Below are positions 1-8,573 of a stretch of DNA of 32,000 nucleotides, piece by piece. The position numbers were made by a program, and so were the translations under genes. Numbering within the stretch: the first letter of the stretch is position 1; each line of letters starts with the position of its first letter. The notes under the pieces are model-generated. The model did not search any database. It was not told where the DNA came from and saw only the letters and a list, made by a program, of their open reading frames with translations. Origin of the DNA: Aliivibrio fischeri ES114 (GTDB lineage: Bacteria; Pseudomonadota; Gammaproteobacteria; Enterobacterales; Vibrionaceae); the NCBI RefSeq assembly GCF_000011805.1, contig NC_006840.2; one strand, given 5' to 3'.

Positions 1-1192
1 AGCGGCTACCTAACTGACTTTGAATCGTCGCAACACTGATGATTTGGTTACTTTGCTCTGTGTTACCTGCGCTATCACGGCTGTATTCGTTGTATGAGGT
101 TGCCATTGGCTTGCCCACATTGTGACGAGAAAACTCAGACATGATTTTGCCGCCTGAACTATCAAGAACAATGTTTACTTCTGCCATGCCCATTTCACCA
201 AGACTCGCACGTGCATCAACAATGTGATCACCCGTTAGTACTGGTTTTCTGCCTACACGAACTGGTTGGCCGTTTTGGTCAGGAATAACCATTGTGCTGC
301 CAGTGCCTTGTTCTTTTACTGCGTAGAAAGCAAGACTTGCTGTCGCACCGATAACGTTTTTCGCCGCTGCTGGATCTTGAACACCTGGAAGCTCGATACG
401 AATGCGGTTTTCACCTTGACGCTGAACCAGTGCTTCGGTAATACCTAACTCTTCAATACGGCTACGCATGGTTTGAAGGTTTTGCTGTACTGTTAGGTTA
501 CGTACGGCAATTTTTTCATCTTCTTTTAGCGTTAATTTAAGATCAAAACCGTCATCATTGGTGATTTGCCAAGTAGGGTAGTTTTTATGAATGAATTGAC
601 GAGCTGCGTGGCTTGCTTCTTCTGAAGGTAAGTGAACCACTAGCGTATCACTGTCTACTTTTTGTAAGCGAACTGAGCGAATACGTTCTTCACGTAACTC
701 TTGTTTTAGCGAGTCAGCTAATTCGTTACGTTGTGCTTGGTAAACTTGGTTTACGTCCACATCCAGTAAGAATTGCACACCGCCACGTAAATCAAGACCG
801 AGTTTGATTGGTTCAAAGCCCATGTTTTGTAGCCAAGCTGGTGCAGCAGGTGCAAGTGACAATGCTAGTGTGGTGCCTTTTTGGCTTTCATCAATCACTG
901 AACCAAGCACATCTTTAGCGGCAACTTGTTGTGCTTCATCTTTCAAAATAACGATGGTTTTATCGCCTTTTTGTTCGATGCGTTTTACGTTAATGCCTTG
1001 CTCAGTCAAGGTGTTTTGTAGTGATACAATCGATGGAATGTGTCCATCTTTGTTGGTGATTTGCACGGCGGCATCTTCACCATACCAAGTCGGGATCGCA
1101 CTCAATAATAGAATAACAAGGGTCGTAATAAGTACGATGTATTTCCATTTAGAATAATGGTTCAGTCGCTGTATTGGTTGTTTTCTTTGCAT
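1..1192 (-). CDS. secD2: Protein translocase subunit SecD (second paralogue, SecD2-type), N-terminal part; continues off the window
   Basis: Minus-strand reading from ATG at 1192 gives MQRKQPIQRLNHYSKWKYIVLITTLVILLLSAIPTWYGEDAAVQITNKDGHIPSI..., SecD-like (TM1, YGEDxAVQ, later GLDLRGGVQFLLDVD). RBS AGGTG just upstream at 1201-1205. The ORF is open at the window edge. Confidence 0.93.
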   Translation of the reverse strand, partial: MQRKQPIQRLNHYSKWKYIVLITTLVILLLSAIPTWYGEDAAVQITNKDGHIPSIVSLQNTLTEQGINVKRIEQKGDKTIVILKDEAQQVAAKDVLGSVIDESQKGTTLALSLAPAAPAWLQNMGFEPIKLGLDLRGGVQFLLDVDVNQVYQAQRNELADSLKQELREERIRSVRLQKVDSDTLVVHLPSEEASHAARQFIHKNYPTWQITNDDGFDLKLTLKEDEKIAVRNLTVQQNLQTMRSRIEELGITEALVQRQGENRIRIELPGVQDPAAAKNVIGATASLAFYAVKEQGTGSTMVIPDQNGQPVRVGRKPVLTGDHIVDARASLGEMGMAEVNIVLDSSGGKIMSEFSRHNVGKPMATSYNEYSRDSAGNTEQSNQIISVATIQSQLGSR

Positions 1193-1202
1193 AATAATTT
1201 CA

Positions 1203-1230
1203 CCTCACATACGACAATGCGTATGCGAAA
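1203..1230 (-). promoter_or_regulatory. RNA hairpin sequestering the secD2 Shine-Dalgarno
   Basis: Minus-strand RNA UUUCGCAUACG-CAUUGU-CGUAUGUGAGG can form an 11-bp stem including G.U pairs. Its 3' arm contains the GAGG of the secD2 SD. Confidence 0.7.
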
Positions 1231-1322
1231 AAGTCACAAATCTAGCTAGATCAAATGCTTATATAGATTGGTATAAGTACAGAAATAACTAAGTGATAAA
1301 TCGATGGATTTTGAATGTGAAA

Positions 1323-1859
1323 TTAAGCAGCAGGGAACAGTCGATGACTGTAGAGGAGGTTACTTTCTTTCCAAGCAGAGACTCGAGAAACCGATGAATA
1401 GCTGTATAACGCCCAATCAACACTTGGTTTTGGCTTTTCTTGATAACCAATAGTTAATTGTTCAGCAGGGATAGCTGGGATCTCTAACGCTAATTCATAA
1501 ACAGGAAAGACTTCTTCTGGCTCATGGCGTGCTAGGTTTGCCATACGAGATGAGTTACCTACACCAAGGTTTACATTATGGCCTTGAGAAGAATTTTGAG
1601 AATGGGAAGAGAGCGTATTGCTTGGGGTGTCTGTGACATTACAAGTTAAGAAGTCAACTTGATGTGTCAATGACGGGTCTAAAGTAAGGTTCACTTGAAT
1701 GGTAGAATGTTGCTCGATAGTGAAATCGGCAATTACGGTGTCACTGTTTTGCTGATATGAAGATGCCTGAGCAAGCGAACTTACCCCTAAGCATAAACAG
1801 ATGATCAGTAATCGAAACAGTTGTACCACGAAAAATCCAGTGATGTGATAATAGACCAT
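1323..1859 (-). CDS. vemP: VemP-like secretion monitor / translation-arrest leader protein upstream of secD2 (the track ORF extends to a TTG at 1892; start uncertain)
   Basis: Secretory signal peptide (FRLLIICLCLGVSSLAQA-SS). Located directly upstream of and co-oriented with secD2. C-terminus SRVSAWKESNLLYSHRLFPAA aligns with the remembered VemP arrest segment HRISGWKETNAMY.., with W, K, E, N and Y at the same spacing and W 15 residues from the C-terminus. Confidence 0.75.
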   Translation of the reverse strand: MVYYHITGFFVVQLFRLLIICLCLGVSSLAQASSYQQNSDTVIADFTIEQHSTIQVNLTLDPSLTHQVDFLTCNVTDTPSNTLSSHSQNSSQGHNVNLGVGNSSRMANLARHEPEEVFPVYELALEIPAIPAEQLTIGYQEKPKPSVDWALYSYSSVSRVSAWKESNLLYSHRLFPAA

Positions 1860-1945
1860 CGCATCGTATTCGATGAATGGCCTTACTGGCAAGTGAAATT
1901 AATGGATTAATAAAAATTGATGTAATTTTTGTTGTTTATTTCGCT

Positions 1946-2851
1946 TTATTTTCTTGCTGCATTCTTTGATTCAAAGCGTTCAAGTACATGATCAATAAAA
2001 GCTCTTAATCGTTTTGGTAGCAATTTATTTTGAGGGAACACCAAGCTAATAGCCACTCGTGGTAAATCCCAATCAGGCAAAATTCGTATTAACTCTCCAT
2101 TGTTAATGTGCTCACGACAGATGAATTCAGGTAATGAAGCTATGCCTAAACCACTCAAACAGGCGGATTTACAAGCGGTAACTGTGTTGACTTTTAAGCG
2201 ATAGGGTAAGTTAACTCGAATCGCTTTATCGACCTGATTAAAGTAAAGGTTAGGCACTTTAACTGCGTTCACCACTCGGATTTGATGATGAGGGGCTTGG
2301 AGATCTTCTGGGGTTTGAATATACCCATAGTTATTTAAATACTCAGGGCTAGCAACAATAATACGCTCAGAAAAATCAATGGTTCTGGCCACTAGTGAAG
2401 AGTCGTTGATTTCCCCAATTTGTACGTAAAGATCAATATTATCGCCAATGATATCCACTTCACGGTTGGTCATTTCAAGGTTAATCGATACCTCTGGATA
2501 ATGTTTTAAAAAGCTATTGATGTAATCAGACATGACGTTATGTCCAATTTCTACTGGCATGGCTAAATTGAGATGGCCACGAATGAGGTTTTGGTTTGCG
2601 GTGAGCTCTAACTCGGTTTGTTGCATGATATCGAGCACTTTTACGCTAGCTTGATAAAAGATTTCCCCTTCTTGAGTTAGGCCTAATTTTCGTGTTGAAC
2701 GAGTGATGAGCTTCACACCTAGGTGTTCTTCGAGCTCTGCTAATTTTCGGCTTACTGTTGATTTTGTCATTCCGAGATTCGTTGCAGCTTGAGTAAAGCT
2801 ACCAGAATCAACAACTTGGTTTAATAGTGTGATGTTATTTAAATCCATCAT
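1946..2851 (-). CDS. LysR-family transcriptional regulator, divergent from emrAB-like genes
   Basis: N-terminal HTH (MDLNNITLLNQVVDSGSFTQAATNLGMTKSTVSRKLAELEEHLGVKLITRSTRKLGLT) and LysR substrate-binding domain. Confidence 0.95.
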   Translation of the reverse strand: MMDLNNITLLNQVVDSGSFTQAATNLGMTKSTVSRKLAELEEHLGVKLITRSTRKLGLTQEGEIFYQASVKVLDIMQQTELELTANQNLIRGHLNLAMPVEIGHNVMSDYINSFLKHYPEVSINLEMTNREVDIIGDNIDLYVQIGEINDSSLVARTIDFSERIIVASPEYLNNYGYIQTPEDLQAPHHQIRVVNAVKVPNLYFNQVDKAIRVNLPYRLKVNTVTACKSACLSGLGIASLPEFICREHINNGELIRILPDWDLPRVAISLVFPQNKLLPKRLRAFIDHVLERFESKNAARK

Positions 2852-2984
2852 AAGGGCGTAACCTAATCATTAGTAAGAATTATGCAACAGTGTTTCCTTT
2901 TTTTCCTATCTAATCAATTAATCTTTTTAGTTTTATACTCTGTATCCACAATATTAGAATTTTATAAAGATAGGTAAAGCCTCA

Positions 2985-4025
2985 GTGACTGAATTAAAAA
3001 AGAAGAAAAATAAAGCACCGTTAATCGCAACAGTCATTTTTATTTTATGTGGCGCCTTGGGTGCCGGTTATTGGTATGGCTACGGTCAGTATTTCCAATC
3101 AACGGATAATGCGTACCTTCAAGGCGATATCACAACAATTAGCTCAAAAGTAGGTGGTTATATTCAACAAACCTTAGTTGAAGATAATCAGAAAGTAAAA
3201 GCAGGGGATTTATTAGCAACCATTGATGATCGTGATTTCTTGGCTGAACAAGAAAAAGCGGAAGCTAATGTTGCTGTTAATGCGGCGGCAATTACGAATT
3301 TAAATGCTGAGCTTAAACTGCAAGATATCCGAATTCGTCAATCTGCAAGCCAAATTGAGTCGGCACAGGCGGATCTTGAGCGTGCTCAACAACAAGTAAA
3401 ACGTACCAAAGCGTTAATTAAAAAGAATTACTCTTCACAAGATGAATTGGATAATAACGTTTCACATTTGAAAGTGGCGATTGCGAATCTAGATGCAGCA
3501 AAAGCGAATTATCAAGCATCGAAAGAGCAAATCAACGTAATTGAAAGCCAAATCGGTCAAGCAAATGCAATGCTAAACCAAGCAAAAACGGCGTTAGACC
3601 AAGCGAATTTGAATTTATCTTACACTAAGATTTACGCGCCAATTGATGGCATCGTTGGTAAACGCAGCTTACGTGAAGGTTTATTAGTTCAAGCAGGAAT
3701 GCCACTACTTAGCTTGGTTCCAACCAAAGAAGTGTGGATTGAAGCGAACTTTAAAGAAACACAGTTAGAAAAAATTCATCATGGTCAAAAAGTGTTTGTC
3801 GATCTTGATGCTTATCCTGATCTGCACCTAAAAGGGATTGTAGAAAGCTTCTCGCCAGCAACTGGTGCTAAATTTGCACTTCTGCCACCAGAGAACGCAA
3901 CAGGTAACTTTACGAAAATTGTGCAACGTGTGCCGGTTAAGATCAGCATTTTAAATACTGATTTACTGGACGGTAAATTGATCCCGGGTCTGTCTGTTGT
4001 TGCGACTGTTGATACCCGAGGTTAA
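2985..4025 (+). CDS. emrA: HlyD/EmrA-family membrane fusion protein
   Basis: GTG start; one TM segment, then STDNAYLQGDITTISSKVGGYI, coiled-coil and ANFKETQLEKI motifs typical of EmrA. Confidence 0.88.
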   Translation: MTELKKKKNKAPLIATVIFILCGALGAGYWYGYGQYFQSTDNAYLQGDITTISSKVGGYIQQTLVEDNQKVKAGDLLATIDDRDFLAEQEKAEANVAVNAAAITNLNAELKLQDIRIRQSASQIESAQADLERAQQQVKRTKALIKKNYSSQDELDNNVSHLKVAIANLDAAKANYQASKEQINVIESQIGQANAMLNQAKTALDQANLNLSYTKIYAPIDGIVGKRSLREGLLVQAGMPLLSLVPTKEVWIEANFKETQLEKIHHGQKVFVDLDAYPDLHLKGIVESFSPATGAKFALLPPENATGNFTKIVQRVPVKISILNTDLLDGKLIPGLSVVATVDTRG

Positions 4026-4027
4026 GC

Positions 4028-5629
4028 ATGAGTCAATCGGTAAGTATTCCTGAAGGTGAGGTGGTTGATAAACCACTTGAACCTGAGATCCCACGTCGTC
4101 ATTGGATAGCATTATTTGGTGGTTTGATTGGTGCCTTTATGGCGATCCTTGATATTCAAATCACCAACTCATCTCTAAAAGACATTCAAGGTGCATTATC
4201 GGCAACCATGGATGAGAGTTCTTGGATTTCCACCTCTTATCTTGTTGCTGAAATGATAGCGATCCCATTAAGTGGTTGGCTGTCTGTGGCGCTTGGTAAA
4301 CGTCGTTATCTAACATGGACAACCGTCGTATTTACCGTTGCTTCATTACTGTGTTCTTTTTCATGGAACATGGGCTCGATGATTGTGTTTCGTGCCATTC
4401 AAGGCTTCAGTGGTGGTGCGTTAATTCCTCTGGCGTTTTCTCTTGTGGTTCACTTATTACCTGTGAACAAACGTGCGGTGGGGATGGCTCTGTTTGGGGT
4501 AACGGCGACCTTTGCTCCTTCTATTGGTCCGACGCTTGGTGGTTGGTTAACTGAGCATTTTTCTTGGCACTATATTTTTTATATCAACCTGCCACCGGCA
4601 ATCGCTTTACTATGTATGGTGAATTACGGTCTGGATGATGAGCCATTAAAGCTAGAAAGCCTATTGAAGGCCGATTGGCTTGGTATTATCACGATGGCGA
4701 TAGGTTTGGGTTGTTTAGAAGTGGTACTTGAAGAAGGGAACCGTGAAGAATGGTTTAGCTCAAGCTTTATCATTACGTTATCTATTATCTCAGTAATTAG
4801 CTTAACCTATTTTATTATCAATGAGTTGCAGCATAAAAAACCATTGGTGAACTTGCGGTTATTAAAACAAAGTCAGTTTGCCATGTCGTGTATTGCGTAT
4901 TTGATTTTGGGTATGGCGCTGCTGGGTTCTATCTATGTGTTGCCAATGTATATGATCCAAATTCAAGGATATAACGCCTTGGAGATTGGTGAAGTACTAA
5001 TGTGGATGGGTTTTCCTCAATTATTGATCTTCCCATTAGTGCCCAAATTAACGCAGATCATTAAAGCAAAATATTTGGTGTTCTTTGGTTTCTCTATGTT
5101 TGGTATTAGCTGCTTTGTAAATACACACATGAGTTATTTATTTGGTGGTGATCAGCTTATTTTCTCCATGATATTACGTGCGATTGGCAGTCCGTTTATT
5201 ATGGTTCCTTTGTCGTTGGTGGCAATGGAAGGGATCCAAAAGCAAGAAGTGGCCGATGCATCAACCATTACTAATGTTCTGAGAAACCTTGGTGGTGCGT
5301 TCAGTATTGCGTTTATTGCGACGCTATTGGACAACAAAACACGTGAGCATTTGGCGCACATTAAAGAAACGTTAACCAGTGTAAGTACGGATGGTTGGTA
5401 TCAATTAAACCAGAGTGCTGCGATGTTTGTAGCCAAAGGCAGCGATCCGACAACGGCAATGCAGCAAGCCAAGGCATCATTGACGTTAACTATGCAGCGA
5501 GATGCGGCGATCATGGCGTATAATGATGTCTTTTTTATGATGTCCTGCTTCCTTGCTTTTGCTGCGGTTTTGATGTTTTTTGTTAAATCGAATGGCAAGC
5601 CTGATCCTATGGCAGGCGGCGCACACTAA
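4028..5629 (+). CDS. emrB: DHA2-family MFS multidrug transporter (EmrB/QacA type)
   Basis: 533 aa, multiple TMs, LDIQITNSSLKDIQGAL and ATFAPSIGPTLGGWLTEHFSWHYIFYINLP motifs; adjacent to emrA. Confidence 0.9.
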   Translation: MSQSVSIPEGEVVDKPLEPEIPRRHWIALFGGLIGAFMAILDIQITNSSLKDIQGALSATMDESSWISTSYLVAEMIAIPLSGWLSVALGKRRYLTWTTVVFTVASLLCSFSWNMGSMIVFRAIQGFSGGALIPLAFSLVVHLLPVNKRAVGMALFGVTATFAPSIGPTLGGWLTEHFSWHYIFYINLPPAIALLCMVNYGLDDEPLKLESLLKADWLGIITMAIGLGCLEVVLEEGNREEWFSSSFIITLSIISVISLTYFIINELQHKKPLVNLRLLKQSQFAMSCIAYLILGMALLGSIYVLPMYMIQIQGYNALEIGEVLMWMGFPQLLIFPLVPKLTQIIKAKYLVFFGFSMFGISCFVNTHMSYLFGGDQLIFSMILRAIGSPFIMVPLSLVAMEGIQKQEVADASTITNVLRNLGGAFSIAFIATLLDNKTREHLAHIKETLTSVSTDGWYQLNQSAAMFVAKGSDPTTAMQQAKASLTLTMQRDAAIMAYNDVFFMMSCFLAFAAVLMFFVKSNGKPDPMAGGAH

Positions 5630-5701
5630 CAAATCTGGGTTGATGCTCGCATCTTTAAAAGGTTTGGGTATAATGCGCCAGAATATTGAAATGAGGTTCT
5701 C

Positions 5702-6406
5702 ATGCGTTTAGATAAATTTTTGTGCGAAACATTAGGTGCCACTCGTAAAGAAGCAACTCGAATCATTAAAAGTGGTACGGTTACTGTTGATGGCGTGAAA
5801 ACAAAAGTAACATCTGTAAAAGTAACAGATGATTCAACAGTTGAATGGGATGGACGTGAACTGAAATTCCATGGCCCTCGCTACATTATGCTATTTAAAC
5901 CAGATGGTTATGTATGTTCTCATGAAGACAGTACGCACCCATCTGCACTCTCTTTATTAGATGAAGTGAATCTTGAGAAGCTGCATTTTGCAGGCCGTCT
6001 TGATGTAGACACTACCGGTTTAGTACTTATTACGGATGACGGTCAATGGTCACATAAGATCACATCACCAAAACGTAAGTGTGCGAAAACATACCGTGTA
6101 TGGCTTGCTGATCCAATTGGTGCTGATTACGCTGAGAAATTGGAAGCGGGTATTCAGCTTAAGAGCGAAAAAGATCTAACGATGCCAGCAGTAATGGAAA
6201 TTGTTGATGAAGAAGAACACGAACTTCTATTAACTATCCATGAAGGTAAATACCACCAAGTTAAGCGTATGTTTGCAGCTTTAGGTAATAAAGTTGAAGG
6301 TTTACACCGTGCTCAAATCGGTGGTTTAGGTTTGGATTATTCTCTAGAACCAGGTGAGTACCGTTACTTAACTGAAGAAGAAGTTGAAGCGGTATTTGGC
6401 GAATAA
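5702..6406 (+). CDS. rsuA: 16S rRNA pseudouridine(516) synthase RsuA
   Basis: S4 domain MRLDKFLCETLG, catalytic GRLDVDTTGLVLITDDG, and HEGKYHQVKRMFAALGNKVEGLHRAQIGGL. Confidence 0.95.
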   Translation: MRLDKFLCETLGATRKEATRIIKSGTVTVDGVKTKVTSVKVTDDSTVEWDGRELKFHGPRYIMLFKPDGYVCSHEDSTHPSALSLLDEVNLEKLHFAGRLDVDTTGLVLITDDGQWSHKITSPKRKCAKTYRVWLADPIGADYAEKLEAGIQLKSEKDLTMPAVMEIVDEEEHELLLTIHEGKYHQVKRMFAALGNKVEGLHRAQIGGLGLDYSLEPGEYRYLTEEEVEAVFGE

Positions 6407-6431
6407 TTAATCAGCCTTATCAATCCAATAT

Positions 6432-6468
6432 TAAAAACGGCGTGGCATTTATGTCTCGCCGTTTTTTT
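6432..6468 (+). terminator. Rho-independent terminator after rsuA
   Basis: AAAAACGGCG...CGCCGTTTTTTT inverted repeat with T-tract. Confidence 0.85.
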
Positions 6469-6523
6469 GTGTAAATTTTATGCAAAGTGCTCGAATATAA
6501 AAGGCATGTTGTAATAGGGCATG

Positions 6524-6574
6524 ATACTATGATAAATCGAATAAGTATCTGATCATTCTTGCTTGAATCGGTAT
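6524..6574. repeat. Short copy of a dispersed ATAC...GTAT palindromic element
   Basis: Contains ATAAGTATCTGATCATTCTTGCTTG, near-identical to the element at 17627-17653. Confidence 0.5.
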
Positions 6575-6620
6575 TGTTTGAACTCCTGTCCTGCTGTTTT
6601 ATTTTATTGGTATCGCCGTT

Positions 6621-7826
6621 ATGTCATCCACTGAAACCGCTCTTTCTGAGCCCCCAAAATTAAGCATACTGCTGGTTATTATTTTAGGTGCAATTTCTGC
6701 ACTCACTCCATTAGCTATTGATATGTATGTACCTGCGATGCCGAGTATTGCTTCTGACTTAGGAGTAACTGCTGGTTCAGTACAAATGACATTAACCGCT
6801 TATACTGCGGGCTTTGCCATTGCCCAATTAATTCATGGCCCGTTAGCTGATAGTTATGGTCGACGTCCAGTCTTGATTATTGGTACGGTCTTATTTGCTA
6901 TTTGTGCGGTCATTGGTGCTTTAGTTGGTGGCATTGAATCGTTGATGTACATTCGTGTTTTACAAGGTGTTGCTGGTGCAGCTTCTGCGGTAGTGGTTCA
7001 AGCTATTGTTCGTGACATGTTTAATAAAGAAGATTTCGCACGAATGATGGCATTCATTACTTTGGTGATGACAGTAGCACCTCTGGTTGCCCCTATGGTG
7101 GGTGGACACATGGCGGTGTGGTTTGGCTGGCGTTCTATTTTTTGGCTGTTAGCGGGATTCGCTGTACTGATTATTTTGGCTATTTTATGGCGTATTCCTG
7201 AAACCTTAGCAGAAGAGAACCGTTCACCGTTTAGGCTAATGACGTCACTACGAAATTACCGCTCGTTATTTAAAAATCCTGTTTCTCTTGGTTTGATTTT
7301 TTCTGGTGCGTTTTCTTTCGCTGGTATGTTTTCATTTTTAACCGCTGGTTCGTTTGTTTACATTGATATTTATGGTGTGAGTGTTTCGAACTTTGGTTAT
7401 CTGTTTGGCCTTAATGTGGTGTTCTTAATTATTATGACCACGATCAATGGCCGTATTGTTAAGAAAATGGGTTCTCACAATATGGTGAAATTGGGTATCT
7501 CAATCCAATTATTCGCGGGTATTTTGATGGTTGTAGGCCAATTACTCGATTGGGGTTTATGGGGTACTGTGGTTCCAGTGGTTTTATTTGTTGGCTGTAT
7601 TTCTACCATAGGTAGTAACACCATGGGCTTATTATTAAGTCATTACCCTAAAATGGCAGGTACTGCTTCGTCATTAGCGGGTACACTACGTTTTGGTACT
7701 GGCTCATTGGTTGGGGCGTGTATTGCAATGTTCCCTTCTGATTCGGCTTGGCCTATGGTAAGTTCCATGGCAGCATGTTCTATATTATCTTTTGGTTGTT
7801 ATTTTGTGTTTGGACGAAAAGCGTAA
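6621..7826 (+). CDS. bcr: Bcr/CflA-family drug-resistance MFS efflux transporter
   Basis: 401 aa; LTPLAIDMYVPAMPSIASDLG and HGPLADSYGRRPVLIIG motifs. Confidence 0.9.
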   Translation: MSSTETALSEPPKLSILLVIILGAISALTPLAIDMYVPAMPSIASDLGVTAGSVQMTLTAYTAGFAIAQLIHGPLADSYGRRPVLIIGTVLFAICAVIGALVGGIESLMYIRVLQGVAGAASAVVVQAIVRDMFNKEDFARMMAFITLVMTVAPLVAPMVGGHMAVWFGWRSIFWLLAGFAVLIILAILWRIPETLAEENRSPFRLMTSLRNYRSLFKNPVSLGLIFSGAFSFAGMFSFLTAGSFVYIDIYGVSVSNFGYLFGLNVVFLIIMTTINGRIVKKMGSHNMVKLGISIQLFAGILMVVGQLLDWGLWGTVVPVVLFVGCISTIGSNTMGLLLSHYPKMAGTASSLAGTLRFGTGSLVGACIAMFPSDSAWPMVSSMAACSILSFGCYFVFGRKA

Positions 7827-8507
7827 ATGAGTAAAGAAAAAAAAGCAGTTGATTATTATCAAGAAATTCAACGAGTAATTAATAGTGCTCTTGGTGATCT
7901 ACAAGAGTCTAAAGACAGTGGCCGTTTACCTAAAAACCCGGTAAGTGCAAACCACTTTTTAATTCGTTGGGTAACAACTGCAATTAAGTCTCAACGTTTT
8001 GCACATTGCGTTGCAAAAGATTTGATGACTTGGCAAAAAGAAGGGCGTACAAAAGGTACTGGTACTCAATTACCTGTGCGTTTTGAACAATACTCTCGTT
8101 TATACGCTGAATTAGCACCTGTTGAGCAAGCTGCATCTATTTCTAAATCTGCGATTATGGCGTGGAGTGAATCACTAGAAGAGAAAGAATGGTGTGTAAC
8201 AACAGAATATGAAGTATTAGAAAAAGCATCGCTGTTTTCTGACGGTGATCATTCATTCATCATTTGTTCTACTCAACTTGAATCATGCTTTGATGCTGAA
8301 AGTGAAGAGTTAATTAAACCACTGACTTGTTATGTTCGTGGTAATCACCATGAGTTTGTTGAATCTGCTTTTGAGCATGGATTAATGGTGCATAAGCGTT
8401 CGGATTACAAATCAAAAGTGAAGTACCATGGAGAGTATTTAATTTATCCTCATAACCACGGTACTCAGTTAGGTGAAATCCCATTTTCATTTAACGTGAA
8501 AAAATAA
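7827..8507 (+). CDS. DUF2913-like hypothetical protein
   Basis: 226 aa ORF starting immediately after the bcr stop (TAA|ATG); resembles vibrio DUF2913-type proteins (from memory, unverified). Confidence 0.75.
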   Translation: MSKEKKAVDYYQEIQRVINSALGDLQESKDSGRLPKNPVSANHFLIRWVTTAIKSQRFAHCVAKDLMTWQKEGRTKGTGTQLPVRFEQYSRLYAELAPVEQAASISKSAIMAWSESLEEKEWCVTTEYEVLEKASLFSDGDHSFIICSTQLESCFDAESEELIKPLTCYVRGNHHEFVESAFEHGLMVHKRSDYKSKVKYHGEYLIYPHNHGTQLGEIPFSFNVKK

Positions 8508-8525
8508 TCGATTATCGAGATTGGA

Positions 8526-8550
8526 TGGGCTCTTAGTAGAGCCCATTTTT
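8526..8550 (+). terminator. Rho-independent terminator
   Basis: TGGGCTC-TTAGTA-GAGCCCA followed by TTTTT. Confidence 0.85.
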
Positions 8551-8573
8551 TATTCTTCCTATCCTTATTCCTC

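Noticed and set aside
266-1157. Plus-strand ORFs of 60-117 aa at 266-448, 613-807 and 804-1157
   Set aside because: They lie antisense to the clearly coding secD2 frame and show no recognisable domains; treated as shadow ORFs.
4315-5598. ORFs inside emrB (4315-4554 +, 5152-5361 -, 5401-5598 -)
   Set aside because: Fully overlapped by the 533-aa MFS coding frame; no own RBS or protein features seen.
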